DNA from: Haliotis rubra
Lineage: Eukaryota
Length of the DNA stretch: 64,000 nucleotides
Assembly (NCBI RefSeq): GCF_003918875.1
Contig: NW_025764892.1
Location: forward strand, 930,001-994,000
Direction: 5' to 3'
Positions 13,262 through 25,939 of this stretch are shown here, piece after piece. How positions within the stretch are numbered: the first letter of the stretch is position 1; each line of letters begins with the position of its first letter. Made by a program: the position numbers and the translations under genes. A model generated the notes under the pieces. That model was not told the origin of the DNA, did no database searches, and saw only the letters and a list, made by a program, of their open reading frames with translations.

Positions 13262-13783
13262 CTGCTCCTTGTTTTAGACGAAAACGATCTGATGTTAAAC
13301 AGGAAATATTCTCTCAACCGTCAATTTCCTTACAAATCAAAACGGAAAGTGGATCCGTGTGTTTGTTCTTTGCTTGTTCTTCCCCTTCGACGCCGCCATA
13401 TAGCTGGAATATTGCTGAGTGCGGCGTAACTCACTCATTCATTCATTCTTCCCCTTTGACGGTTTTGTGTTTGTTTCTAAAACGTATTGAAATTACTCAA
13501 GACAGGAGGCAAACAGGAGCAAACAGTTTTATATAAATGTTCACTGACCTAACAATTATTTTCACACAACAACTTATAAGAATACAAACTACTGACTATG
13601 TCAAATAAATATCCAGTTTCGAAACTCTCTAAACGACCTACTGTTCTAACTATCACCATGCTGATTGACTCTAAAATATGAGACATGTACATTTCTTGCC
13701 TTGCAAGATCTACTGTGCAAAGTGCCAACATGTGTATTGACGACAAGATATGAAGCGCACATTTCTTGCTCACAGATGCTGAC
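13262..13783. promoter_or_regulatory. Putative shared bidirectional promoter region of the two EGF-repeat genes
   Basis: Start codons diverge at 13261(-) and 13784(+). GGAA-core (ETS-like) motifs near 13300 and 13343; SINE 3' fragment at 13389-13448. Transcription starts not determined. Confidence 0.45.
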
Positions 13784-15383
13784 ATGGCACTTTCGAATCT
13801 ACTGAATCGAAGAATGATAATCATTGGACTCTGTAAGTATTGTATCCTTTGGAAAAAGAGGCAACTAAGCTGACGCGTTAGCTCACCTGACAAAATGTTT
13901 TGTGAATTTATAACATAGACGGCTTCAGCGCCTTACAATAGTCACTTTCCACCCATCCTCATACTTAATTCAGAGTGATGTTACATAGGTTATGGGTATT
14001 TTAATGTTTTGGGTGCAGGTGAGGAAAAGCCAGGCTTGCTTTTTTGAAGGCTTCAACATTACAGTTAGGGCTGGATGGAAGGGAAAATAGCATGGCTGAG
14101 GGTCTGTGAGGCATTCTAGTTAACACGCTACTAATCACTCATTGCATGCACAGTTTTGCATTCAAAGAATATTCAATAGTATTTTACTCTTTTCTGACAA
14201 TCTTATATGGCCCAAACGTGCACATATGCGAAAATATCTATACGTCCGTGTTCAATAATTGTTCGTTTTTGGATAAATACGAAAACATTTCATCAAGACA
14301 TGTCACAAAATGGGACATAATTCTGTTGATTTAATAACTTGCATAAAATGCTGTATCTGTGACATTGTGACATATAATCGGAAGAAGGAATTATATGATA
14401 TCGACACAGTATTCTACTGGATGAAGGAATAAACTGCCTAATGTTACTAAATCATATATAACAGCACAAACCTTTAAGAATAAATGACACTGCCCATATT
14501 AAATGGCTACTTGCCAGTGGTAAATTAACTGCATATGAACTGTTCTGGTTATGACTTTGAATGCCACACTTGTACAAGTAAAATACCAGAGTGTAGTAGA
14601 ATGGTTTATTCTTGCTTTATCATGTACTTCTTTCATATTTCATGCTTAGGTGTCTTCATTGTTGGTGGTTCCGAGTACAATTGCCTGTCGTTGTCGCCGT
14701 CCTTGACGTGTGGGGAATGTTATATTGGCTGGTATGGTGATTACTGTGACAAGGCATGTGACTGAAACCCTGGTGGATGTAACAAAGTAACAGGTGTTTG
14801 TATCCAGTGTCAAGCTGGCTATTACTCCACAAACTGTTCACTGACATGTCCACCTCAGTGCGGAGAGAGCTACGGTGACAATGTCTTCTGTGACCGTACA
14901 ACAGGAAACTGTCTAGAAGGCTGTAAACAGACATGGTGGGGGGATAAATGCGAACACAGGTGTGGAACACAGTGTAGTGATTCAATTTGTTTCTTCCATG
15001 ATGGTTCTTGTGCCTTTGGTTGCGAACACGGGCTTACAGGGACCCACTGTAACAAATCCTGTTCAGTTGGATGTTTGGGCGGCAACTGTCGTCAGTGCAA
15101 TGGATGTTCCGATGGGTGGCGGGGACAGGCCTGTGAGTTGCACTGCTCTGAAAACTGTCTAAGATGTCAACAGAAAAGTGGAAACTGCACAGCATGTCGC
15201 CAAGGGTTCGAGTATGATGGACGAAGTCAATGTACCGCTATGATCCATGGTAAATGAATTTATCAATGTAACATATCACATGCTCGTTATTAATAGTTCG
15301 ACTGTCCATGAATACACAATGCCCTAAATAGTTAATGCTGTTTAAATAGTGGTCAAGTGTAACAATTGTTGTATTTGAATATA

Positions 15384-16919
15384 TACTCTCCCAAAAAAGA
15401 AACGCATCATGAAAATAGCAATTTCATGTAGCAATGAATTAAAACGTGATTCATTTTACAAAAGGTTTTGCTCTGTTTATGAGTCCTATGGTGTTTATGT
15501 TTTGAAACATCACAACAAAACGCACTATCTGTAAAATACCCGTATTTAACAGCATGATTTTCAATTTCGGCGGGTAGTGTCACAGAATACACAAATTCAC
15601 ATGCAATGCACGTGAAAGTTGGGGATCAGATAATCTCAATGATGGGTATAAAAGGTTGATTGCTGTCTGTCGATTATTCAATGTATTTGGAATATTGTTG
15701 ACGAACGCAAAATGCCACGTCTAAGTGAAGCCAACCGTCATGTCGCCATTGGTTTGCTTGAAGCTGGCCAGTCTCAACGTGCCTTTAGTTGCCCGACGCA
15801 TGAATGTTCACCAAAGCACCATTTCACGGCTCTGGGAGACTTATCGCCGTCAGAATGCGGGGTAGCAGATGCCCCTCGTAGTGGGCGACCTCGAGCGACC
15901 ACTGCGGCGCCGGATCGCTACATCCGGGCACATCACCTGCGTCATCGAACAGCTGAGGCGACCAGTACCACTCGACAAATACCCAGATTGAGGAGGCTTT
16001 CTGCACAGACCGTCAGGAACAGGTTGAGAGAGGCTGGTTTACGTGCCAGAAGACCTTATTTTGGCCCTGTGCTTCGACAACAACATCGTCGACATCGAGT
16101 TCAATGGTGCACCAACGTTCAGGCCTGGAACCTAACGAATTGGCGTAGAATGTGGTTCAGTGATGAATCACGATTTCTATTGGAACGACGCGATGGAAGA
16201 ATGCGGGTGTACAGACGTCGACGTGAACGTTTCGCCGACGCTTGCGTTTCCCAGGTGGACAGATTCGGCCGGGACAGTGTTATGATGTGGGGAGCGATCA
16301 CCTGCCGTAGGAGAAGTGATTTGGTGATGATCCAGGGCACCCTGACAGCTCAACGATACTGTGACGAAACCCTACGCCCACACCTCCTTCCACTCATTGA
16401 TCGCCAGAGGGAGTTGTTTCAACAGGACAATACCAGGCCGCACACAGCACGTCACACTAGAGACTTCCTCCAGAACCACAACATCAATGTGCTCCCCTGG
16501 CCCTCAAGATCACCGGCCTTAAACCCGATTAAATATCTGTGGGATGCCCTGGTAAGACGGGTGCGACGCCGTAACCCTCACCCCTAGACACTTCAGCAAC
16601 TCGCACAGGCACTACAGGCAGAGTGGGCTGCGATTGGGCAACACGAGATTCTGAGACTTATTCGTTCGATACCGAGGCGATGCCGTGCAGTTCTCGATGC
16701 CCACGGTGGTCACACGAGGTATTGACTTCAGCGCTACCACACGTCTCCATGTGACACTCAAACTGACTTTCCTCGAGTTGGTGCCAAAGACGGATAAGTC
16801 TGCATTCCCAGTGTGCAATTTCGCTATATTTCATTGACTCATAAAGCCTACAAGATGTTTCAAAATAAACTTAAAATACAGTTGAAATTCCTATATGCGT
16901 TTCTTTTTTTGGGAGAGTA
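15384..16919 (+). mobile_element. Tc1-family DNA transposon, full length, inactive
   Basis: About 24-bp TIRs tactctcccaaaaaagaaacgcat / atgcgtttctttttttgggagagta with TA flanks. Transposase 15712-16725 has SGRPR, FSDESRF, QQDN and SPALNPIK (catalytic E replaced by K), a premature TAG at 16585, and continues to GGHTRY*. Confidence 0.95.
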
Positions 16920-17782
16920 TATATTACACTTTCCCAGTAAAGTACAGTTTCCAAGTACCTTGAGAGTTGACTGTTCATGTGTTTAATTACTAAACACGAG
17001 TCACTAAATTTGATTATTGTGTTGGGATCTAGTATGTTTTTGTTTTGTTTTTTATTTCCTAGGTGTTTGAAAAATGAGACAAGGCATGAGTACCATGAAA
17101 GAATTATTTGATTAATGTTTGAAGGGTCAAACATATTCCTAATTGAATTAGGAATGACTCATACATTTTACATTTCTGCAGCGTGGGCTGCGTTTTACTT
17201 TCACTGAAAGTGCCTCAAGAATACATCACCCACGACGTGTATCTGGTCGTGAAAGAGAAGCATCATGTGTTTGGGGTTGTAGAACTATAAACTAATGTAC
17301 TTGTAGAATAGAAGACAATCCTTTTTCGCAGACACTCAATTGAAATATATTCCCTAGAATGTTGCTCTTTCATGCAGTCACTACCAGCGAGGTCCCGATT
17401 CCAGAGCAAGATTCCAAAGTTGCTATTGTGGTTATTTCCATCATAGTTGCTCTCACCATAGTTGCAGCAGTCTTTATTGGGATCTATATCAGGTACGCTC
17501 ATGATTATTTTGACCATGTATATTTCAGTAATCTCTAATGCCATAACGATAAAGTGTTTCAACATATTAAGCGTTAGATGCCTGGAAATATGCTTTGAAA
17601 GCAACAGGTGAGACAAGAAAGTATGTACATCGAATAAATAACTGTCTCTGCATTTAAAATAAAATCTACGATTGAATACTATGTATGTTCAGTGGGGGTA
17701 TCTGAAGGATGCTCATAATTATACCTAATCAATCATCCTGACAGTTAAGAAATCGCTTCTTTCAGTTTTGAACCAGATGAGT

Positions 17783-17912
17783 ACCCGTGAAGATCTGGGT
17801 TAGAATTGGTCTTCGGCAACCTATGCTTGCCGTGAAGGGTGGCCAGGCTCGTTTATATCGTTGACATCAGTCAATCAATTGTGTAGATCGATGCTCATGA
17901 TGATCACTGGAT
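17783..17912 (+). mobile_element. SINE family B, degenerate 5' part
   Basis: cccgtgaagatctgggttagaattggtcttc... similar to the 9880 copy. Confidence 0.75.
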
Positions 17913-18240
17913 CAACGAAAAAACCATGTCAGTAGCCATAATCAATAATCCATTTTTTCATTAGTTGTAGGAGACGAATGCATCCTCAGGAGACTTGCAG
18001 GGACAAGTGGTGCATAAATTGGTAAATTGCTAAATACTATCAGCCGCACACGCAAGAATATGTCTACTAGGGCTATACACAGTTTAGGGTTTAGGTTAAC
18101 CATTTGTGCTCATTAACATAATCTATTCTAAACACAAGTTACTCATATTTAGACATTAGTCATCCTGACAGTTAATATATTGCTTCATTTAGTTTTGGTG
18201 ACTAAAAAACGTATTTTAGTCTATGAGTATTGACGACAGG

Positions 18241-18930
18241 CCTAACTGTATTGATTTTTCCATCACAAGGGATAAATATTTCAGTGTTAAAACTGTTGGA
18301 GATCTTTTTACATAATGTTAATTATCATTTTATTATCGAACTTTTATAAGAAATTGAATTGATTGATAAATTTGAGTCCTGTGTTTTGTAGATGGATTTG
18401 TTTTTTAGAACTGCAAGTTTCAATCAGTTACTGAGATTGTTAGTGGCTGTATCCTCAAAAGGGGTTGATGTAGCGTAAACTTATTGTCCTGCTGAGAGAA
18501 TACAGTCCCAAAACATTAAGAGTCAATTTAATCTCCCCACTCTTTTTAATCGTAGAATATGTGACATTTTAATGTATGGCTTGATTGCTCCGAATTGCTA
18601 ACAGCTGAAGGGATGGTGTAAATCCAGCTAGGGTCCATGCAGGAAGCAAATGTACTGTAAGTCCCCATGGTCCCTAGTATGGTGATCTACCTTCAGTTGT
18701 TGGCAATCTATAGCCTGATTTTATATTGTATTGTTCTCTTTAAAATATCGTTTTATGATAGCATGCTAGTTTTACTTTAATAATATCTGTGATACACTGG
18801 TAGTTTTACTGTTCTTCGTCAACAGGCTTTTAATTTGATTTTTATTGTTCTACAATACAATAATTATTGTTCTCGTCACGATATGGCTGAAATATTGCCG
18901 ATGTGACCATAAATATTAACTCACTCACTC
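18241..18930 (+). mobile_element. 5'-truncated copy of the I-group LINE (ORF2 end + 3' UTR)
   Basis: Collinear with 3735-4410; 11-bp TSD ttgacgacagg (18230-18240 / 18931-18941); ACTC tail. Confidence 0.92.
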
Positions 18931-19156
18931 TTGACGACAGGGCTATTGGCGTTATGTTTATTTCAGATATAGATCGCTCATTACAGTCAGTTGCTTAGTG
19001 AATGAAAAACCATGCCAGAAGCCAACTGTCAATAATCCTTTTACCGCCCTTATTTGTAGGAGAGGAATGGCTTGCTGGGGTAAGAGGATACATGGGTGAG
19101 TAAATTGCTAAATAGTTTCAGCAATAATATTCTAGTGATGTTGTATTAAATGTAGG

Positions 19157-19273
19157 TTTTTTATGATATACAAATATTCCATTTCAATGTCAAATTTGTT
19201 CTCATCACGATATGGCTGAAATATTGTCGATGTGACGTTAAATATTAACTCACTCACTCACTCACTCACTCAC
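19157..19273 (+). mobile_element. Very short 3' fragment of the I-group LINE
   Basis: Matches about 4305-4410; 13-bp TSD tattaaatgtagg (19144-19156 / 19274-19286). Confidence 0.92.
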
Positions 19274-20479
19274 TATTAAATGTAGGCAAGTTGAAGAGCT
19301 CCCTGTAGAATAGGGTAATCCTTTTGTTAAATGTATTCCATTCATCAGCACATAGTGGGTATTTTGTAGGTTAACCACGTGTGGCTATTAACTTACTCGA
19401 AACAAGTTCTAACTGCAATGCAAACCATACGTTTAGTTAATATGCATCATCCCAGAAACATTTTAAATTTTATGCATACATTTATATTTTATGTAGCCAG
19501 ACTCTTTATCATTGGCACGCACTAATTTCATGAGAACTGTGATTGAAGCGTTAGAGCAGGAAATGTTTAGATAGCATTACGTTTATGGCATCTGTTGTAA
19601 TCACTAATTTCCCGTGATGTATTCATATAACGTTAGTCACTAGTTTCCCTTTTAGGCTATATAAAATTTCGAAATATTTCAGACTGATTTATTACTTACT
19701 TTGTAAGAAGCGATTTTATTGGATAAAGATTGGTTTCAAACGACGCTTTTTCACTACGCTCTGCTTATAAGGGTCGTGATTGGTCAAAATCAGACACGTG
19801 ACTTAAGCAGCCAATCATATTATGGAAATGGATACCGTCCTCGTAAACGAACACCTTTAGATTAAGACGAAAGGTTTTGGGTAAAATAATGCTATTCTGA
19901 ACATATTAAGAAAGACATCGCTACCTATACGTAAATTATGGAACGTATTGGACATATCGTGCTAGGTTATGGCCCATGACAAAAATGCTTCATGCATATA
20001 TTTTCACATTAAGCATCGTGTCCAGGCGTCAAGACGGAGGCGGTGAAAGCAGAGATGTAACTTATCAGTGACTTGACTTACATTGCATGATCGCACAAAA
20101 GTATGGAAATAGTAATTTTATATGTACGTTTGACAACTTTCATGAATGTTATTGTTGATTTCAATTTATTTAATGAATTCCTCGATGTTTGAAACATCGT
20201 TACTTTGCTATTTGACAATGCTATTGTAGACCCGCTGCCGAAGCATAAACACGAATCGTTGTTTTCAATAACATTGCGAAAAATAGTTTATAATTTTAAT
20301 TCTGCCAAAATATATATTCAGTTGAAATTTAATAAGAGATTTCAGACATTTTTATTTGATTTAAACAACATGAATGTGCATTCAGACACTGCCTTGTTTC
20401 TTATTCAAACATCTTGTTAATGCTAAAGTGACAGTACGACAGCGAACTTCCGTGTGCGCAGGCGTCATAAGCGAACCTA

Positions 20480-20555
20480 GCTAAACCGGCACTCTGTCAA
20501 AACCGGCATTTTTATTTGGTCCCGACTGATGCCGGTATTGACAGAGTACACTGTA
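20480..20555. mobile_element. MITE end fragment (Tc1/mariner-type terminus ...acagagtacactg + TA)
   Basis: Internal inverted repeat actctgtcaaaaccggca / tgccggtattgacagagt. Confidence 0.5.
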
Positions 20556-22558
20556 GTCTGTTTTGCTTAAACCCGGCATAGCTTGTTAACTCCGGTTGTT
20601 TTCATTTTTTAGATCCCGTCACAATGCCTCGCAAGTTGGAGGAACAGCAAGACTTACAGATGTCCCTTGCAGTACAGAAGAATGATTCCAAATCCGCCAT
20701 CTCTGTGCAAACATCCAAGTCCATACAGACCACAACATGTATTGCATCCAAACAATTTCGACCAGAAAGCATACCAGCCAAGGAAACTTCTAAAAGCCAT
20801 CCACGTCAAAAGACTCCAACCTGTCATGAACAGAGATCGTGGTTATTACCTTCCAACACCTTCCAACACCTTTCACTACATACATGCATTATATATACTC
20901 TTCAAAAAAGTAGGGGAACTCCATTTTTAATTCACCATTGATAATAATGAATGTTTTGAGAGTGCATCACCACTTGCACTTCCTTATAACCATAGGGAAA
21001 CTAGTTGGTTGTACACAAATCGCTCTTGAAAGATGATTGGTGTATGACGTCAAATTTGTATGTGTACGATTTACATTTTCAAACCATAAAAACGGTTAGA
21101 ACAATCACTAACAACTGTGCGATGCAAGATGATTGTCGAAAGTTAATGGTCTACGGTCATTTATCGACCTTCTTGAAAACCGTCAAAATCAAGAATGACA
21201 CCCCATGCACGTGTATGGGGCTACTGCGCTGTGCACGTGCATCCCATGCGTTCTGTTTAGGGGTGGTGATAAAGAAAAGTGAAGGTGCGTTCATAAGATG
21301 TCTGTCTTTGAAAAGTTTGTTAACGCTTATAATTCCTATTCAAATTGAAATCTCAGATATCCTACTTTTTTAAGAATATATATATTTTTAATCTTCCCAC
21401 TTCTGTACATCACATGCTTCATAATCGCGTTAGTATCTACACGCATATTTCTCATTCGTTTACATGTAAGTTGCACAATCTGAGAACAATCCCCCTTCTT
21501 CATCACACCATCATGGCTTCAGTTGTGTGTAGCGTGAACTGTTCCTAGATTGGCGCCAAAACAACTTTTATTCCTCGATACGAAGAAAACCAAACAGATG
21601 GTGATAGTCAAAAAAGAATATACAGCAAATACCAATAACTGTTACAAAATAATACCAACAAATACTGCACCGTTTACGTAAACTGAGGTCCTTTATTGTT
21701 AGCAGTTTTATTCTTGTTTTGTTTTATTCAAAAACATCCGAGTCAGCATACATTGTCAATGCCTATAACTCTTTAAATCAATAGGCTTAAATGCTAAATG
21801 TGTTTGCCCCATGTACAACAATCTCATGCTATGGTATCTCATCACAGCATCTGATGTCATATTTATTGCCATAGACTTAAATCAGGAATAATCTGTATAG
21901 TTATGTTTTCGTTGAAAAAGTAATATATGAGTTCTAACTAACTAAACACTAAAGCTGTCCTGTCATGTTTGGTTCATGGATATCGTCAAAATGATCTTCA
22001 GCAATCACGTGTGCCATTCAATAAACACTTGCTCGTTCACATACACAGTCAGTGCCCTCCAGAAATTATCACTTACACATCTGATTGACTTTGTTTTGTG
22101 ATATATGTGACTTCGTTGTATTTCTTGTTGTTATTTCTTTGGTTTTTTATTGTTTCCCTTATGTTATATCATGTATGATATATAATCTATTTGGCAGTCC
22201 CATCTATTTGGTGTGTCGAAGATTATACATATACTTCACTTTCCAAATAAGTTAAAGTGATGGGTCATGTAAAATGCAATTTCAATGCGCTGTAATTATA
22301 CAAAATATGTTAATCAGCATTTACACAGTCCATTTTTCACATATGCTGTGAAGGATCGAGTTTCGGAGGATACATCCAGAATATTTTTCTGAAACAGGTT
22401 GCAAAACAGTATCATATCATAGTTCCAAAATACGTCCTATTTTCCTCTATCTTATATAAGTAAATGTGACTTTATAAAATAGGACTACACAACACATTGT
22501 GTGGGTATTACCAAATGATGTGAGTACTAAAAGCCTATCTCAACGTTATGTCCAATAG

Positions 22559-22669
22559 GGGGCGGTGGGGTAGTCTAGTGGTTAAAGCGTTGGCTTGTCA
22601 CGCCGACGACCCGGGTTCGAATCCCCACATGGGTACAATGTGTGAAACCCATTTCTGGTGTCCCCCCGC
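22559..22669 (+). mobile_element. SINE family A (tRNA-derived), lacking the 3' tail
   Basis: A box gtagtctagtggttaa and B box ggttcgaatccc; 12-bp direct repeat tatgtccaatag on both sides. Confidence 0.9.
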
Positions 22670-22797
22670 TATGTCCAATAGTCAGCACTGTAGATTAGCA
22701 GTATCGTAGGTATTATTTAAATAAATGGCAGTTGAACGAGAGACCGTATCATAACTTCTGTGAGCATCGGTGTTATAAATGACAGCCTTTATTCAGG

Positions 22798-22857
22798 GTA
22801 TATTCACTGATGAGAAAGACCTAGGCTTTATTCGGCGTTTCTCATCAGTGAATATAC
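22798..22857. repeat. Perfect 20-bp inverted repeat with a 20-nt spacer
   Basis: gtatattcactgatgagaaa ... tttctcatcagtgaatatac. Confidence 0.9.
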
Positions 22858-23040
22858 AAATAAGTTTAGGGTTTTGTGAAAAATAGACTGTGAAAATATT
22901 TACATTAGGACGTCATTAGATAATGATACGCTAAAAAGGGTTTGATACAACCGTTTTTAATGATGCCATTAACTAATGATGCATTAAGATTTAATTACGG
23001 TTTAATGTTGACATTAGCTAATGAAGCAATAAAACAACCG

Positions 23041-23155
23041 GATCCAGGGTTCGATTCTCCACATGGGTACAATCTGTGAAGACCATTTACCCGACCGTGA
23101 TATTGCTGGAATATTGCTAAAAGCAATGTAAACTAAACTCACTCACTCATTCACT
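23041..23155 (+). mobile_element. SINE family A, 5'-truncated
   Basis: B box through to the ACTC tail. Confidence 0.85.
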
Positions 23156-24763
23156 CTAGATATTGGAGAGCATGATTTGAGCACTGTCTGTGAACAAATG
23201 AACCCGTCATATCAGAGCAGTGGGAACAGGCTGGAGATAAGCTTCAAATCCAACCGTATCAAGCAAACCAAAGGGTTTATGATTAAATACATACGGTTGG
23301 ATTTGAAGCTTATCTACAGCCTGTTCAAACTGAAATATACAGCCCTAATTATCTTTTCTCACATTTGGTCGGTGGTGTTTTCATTCGGCGAGTTTTCCCC
23401 TGTCGGTATATAGGCAGTGAGTTGCATTGCATTTATCCTCAGTCTTTGGATTGTGAGACGTAATACCGTTTGAATAACATTCAAAAACTACTCGATGTTG
23501 TGTACATTCTAAGCCATATCCTTTTTACCTGATAGAACTTATATTTAACTGTCGTTTCGTCAGAGCTATTGCTTCGACAATGTTATCCATGGAGGCGGCC
23601 ATATTTAAGAATTGAATGTCACTTTGTGTGTTTGCACTGAAAAATGAACGATGTCAAAGCGTTGTTCAAACTCGTGTGAACGAGCGAGTTTACGATGATA
23701 ATAAAATTATCAAACAGAAACAAATATCAATAACAATATCATTTAACAAACTGTCATTGTACCTATAAAAATATGACGATTCGTTTGACCGCGTAATAAT
23801 ACACTGACCGACTTCGAAGTTGTGCGGTGTGGCGAATAGGAAGCAGATTCCGTTGGTGTATTCTTTTTATTTGTGATTGTTTATTGTGAAACTTAATGAG
23901 CAGTTTTTAAACAGATCACGGGGCAAAACCCCCAAACCGCGAGAGATTAAACTCTTGTGAAAAGGAACAATGCTCGGCAATTGGAAATCCGTTTGGTCGT
24001 GAAGAAGTGACATTGCCAAAATTGGGGTGACTTGAAACAGGATCGCTCGCTAAACTGGCATCACCAAATGCAACAAGATCATTGGGGGGTACACAGTTCG
24101 TTGACAAAATTACTTTTGCAAATTCTGTATTTTAAGCGTCAAAAGACATTTCCACATTCATAATGAGTCCAGTGACGCTCTACATGTAATAATTTTGCAC
24201 CAATATAATAAATTAATATGTTTTGCTTGTTGATTGTAAACAAATTACGTCATGAGTATTGTGACGTAGTTCTTGGTCAGTTGACAGTTGACAGTTCTAG
24301 ACTGATTGTGGTGGATGCGAGTCGCTGTTTTTCCGTATATATTTTCACCGGTGTCTACCGAGAACACCACAATATTATGTAAGTATACTATATCCAAGCT
24401 TTGCTTGAGACAGAACTTACTTAACCAGAAGTTTGTTCTGGTTTGTATAATATTTGACATTACTGACTTTGATAAATTTATATGTAATAACTCTGGTTCA
24501 TTGTTTCAACTTCATGTTGTCAAGTTATTTTCTAATTGGTAAAAACTGTAATTAACAGGGTAAAAGTGAGAGTGGTCCACAGAACCGACATGCTCCCTAA
24601 ATGAAATTTATTTTTCTCATGACATTTTTATCGTCATTGACGTCATAGAAGAAAATCCATTTTTAACACATATTTTTTAGTCACTTTTAAGATTGAGTGT
24701 ATAAAGTTATGTATATGCACACAAACTAATTTAATATATACTTATATCGTTCAGATATCAGAC

Positions 24764-25939
24764 AGGGCTGGATATTGCCCTGATTCTCATATCGCGATAT
24801 ATTGCAATAATTTAAGAGATATTGCAATGCATATTGTGATATATTGCCTGGAATGTTTCTGTCCAAGTGTGTACATCATAAATTCATAATAGCTCTCTGT
24901 GTGCGACATCATCTTCTTAGTTACACCATACTTTCAGGCCCCCATCCCCATTGTGTATGGCTTTACGTCAATGGTTTACAGATAAATAAAGTAATATAGA
25001 GCCTTAGTGTAGCATGTTTAACTGAAGTACTGTATTGCAACAAAGTTTTGCGAACATAATGATCAAGGTAAGATGATTTTCATTGTCAGTGTGTGCACTT
25101 CCATGCAGTATGTAATTATTGTTACTGTATGTCAGTGATTCATTCAGATTCAACTCCAACATAAACATGTGTTAACATGAACTATTGAAAAATGAAACAA
25201 AAACATGATTTAGGTGAACTACTTGAGCTTAAAATCTCATGTGACCTTCAGTAACTAAGATCCTTGACTAGAATGTCATTATACAGTCCTACAAAATGTA
25301 TAAGACTTTGGCCTGATGACATATGTCCCATTATGAATCAAACGAAAATAACAAAATAAAGTGAAATGGTTTCTCAGATCCAGAGGCTCTACTAATAGGT
25401 CCAAATAAAGATTTGTCAAATCTTAGAAGGGCATTTAAAAGTGGAATGCATAGTTGTCAACTTCTTTATTGCGAATAACACAACGTTTCGGAGTGTATGC
25501 TTGATCCTTCACAACAAGAAGTTGCAATTCATAACTCGTGCTTCTCTCAATAGATTGGTGCATTTGAGGTCACTTAATTCCTCCAAAATGTCTCATATTA
25601 AATCATTCAAACCCACAAAACTTAAAGCATTTGGTAGAAAATAAGGCACTTTTGGAGCAACTTATAAAGACACTTCCACTTGGAAAATGTTACATGAAAC
25701 CAACTGAAATAAAAGTATATTTGGCACTTTTAGAGCACATTTTGTTGCCGTTGAGGGCAAGGGCAGATAATTCAAAGGGAGCTAACTCAGGATGACCCAA
25801 TATATTGCAGAATCTGAACTATATCTAGCTAAGATACATAGCGTTCACTGACATGTCTTAGCTAAACTATATCGCGATAATCATATCGCGAGATACTGTA
25901 CCGGTATATACCGGTTTACCGGTAATATTGCACAGCCCT
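24764..25939. mobile_element. Non-autonomous hAT-like DNA element
   Basis: Termini agggctg / cagccct, subterminal atatcgcga repeats at both ends, flanking direct repeat atcagac(a). Confidence 0.7.

Larger units (their letters stand above)
13784..19095 (+). pseudogene. Paralogous EGF-repeat type-I receptor with a single in-frame TGA (14763-14765); 3' exon structure ambiguous
   Basis: Exons 13784-13832 (MALSNLLNRRMIIIGL), 14650-15249 (EGF repeats, open except ...CDKACD*NPGGC...), 17378-17492 (TM VAIVVISIIVALTIVAAVFIGIYI), then 17971-18021 and/or 19060-19095; probable last exon from 20613. EGF and TM exon phases (1-1, 1-2) match the minus-strand paralog. Confidence 0.8.

Noticed and set aside
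17263-17616. 117-aa minus-strand ORF
   Set aside because: Antisense shadow of the TM exon 17378-17492.
20947-21036. SECIS-like AUGAA/UGAU stem downstream of the TGA-containing gene
   Set aside because: No apical AA at the expected distance, a loop of about 55 nt, a competing local hairpin, and the UTR is not established.
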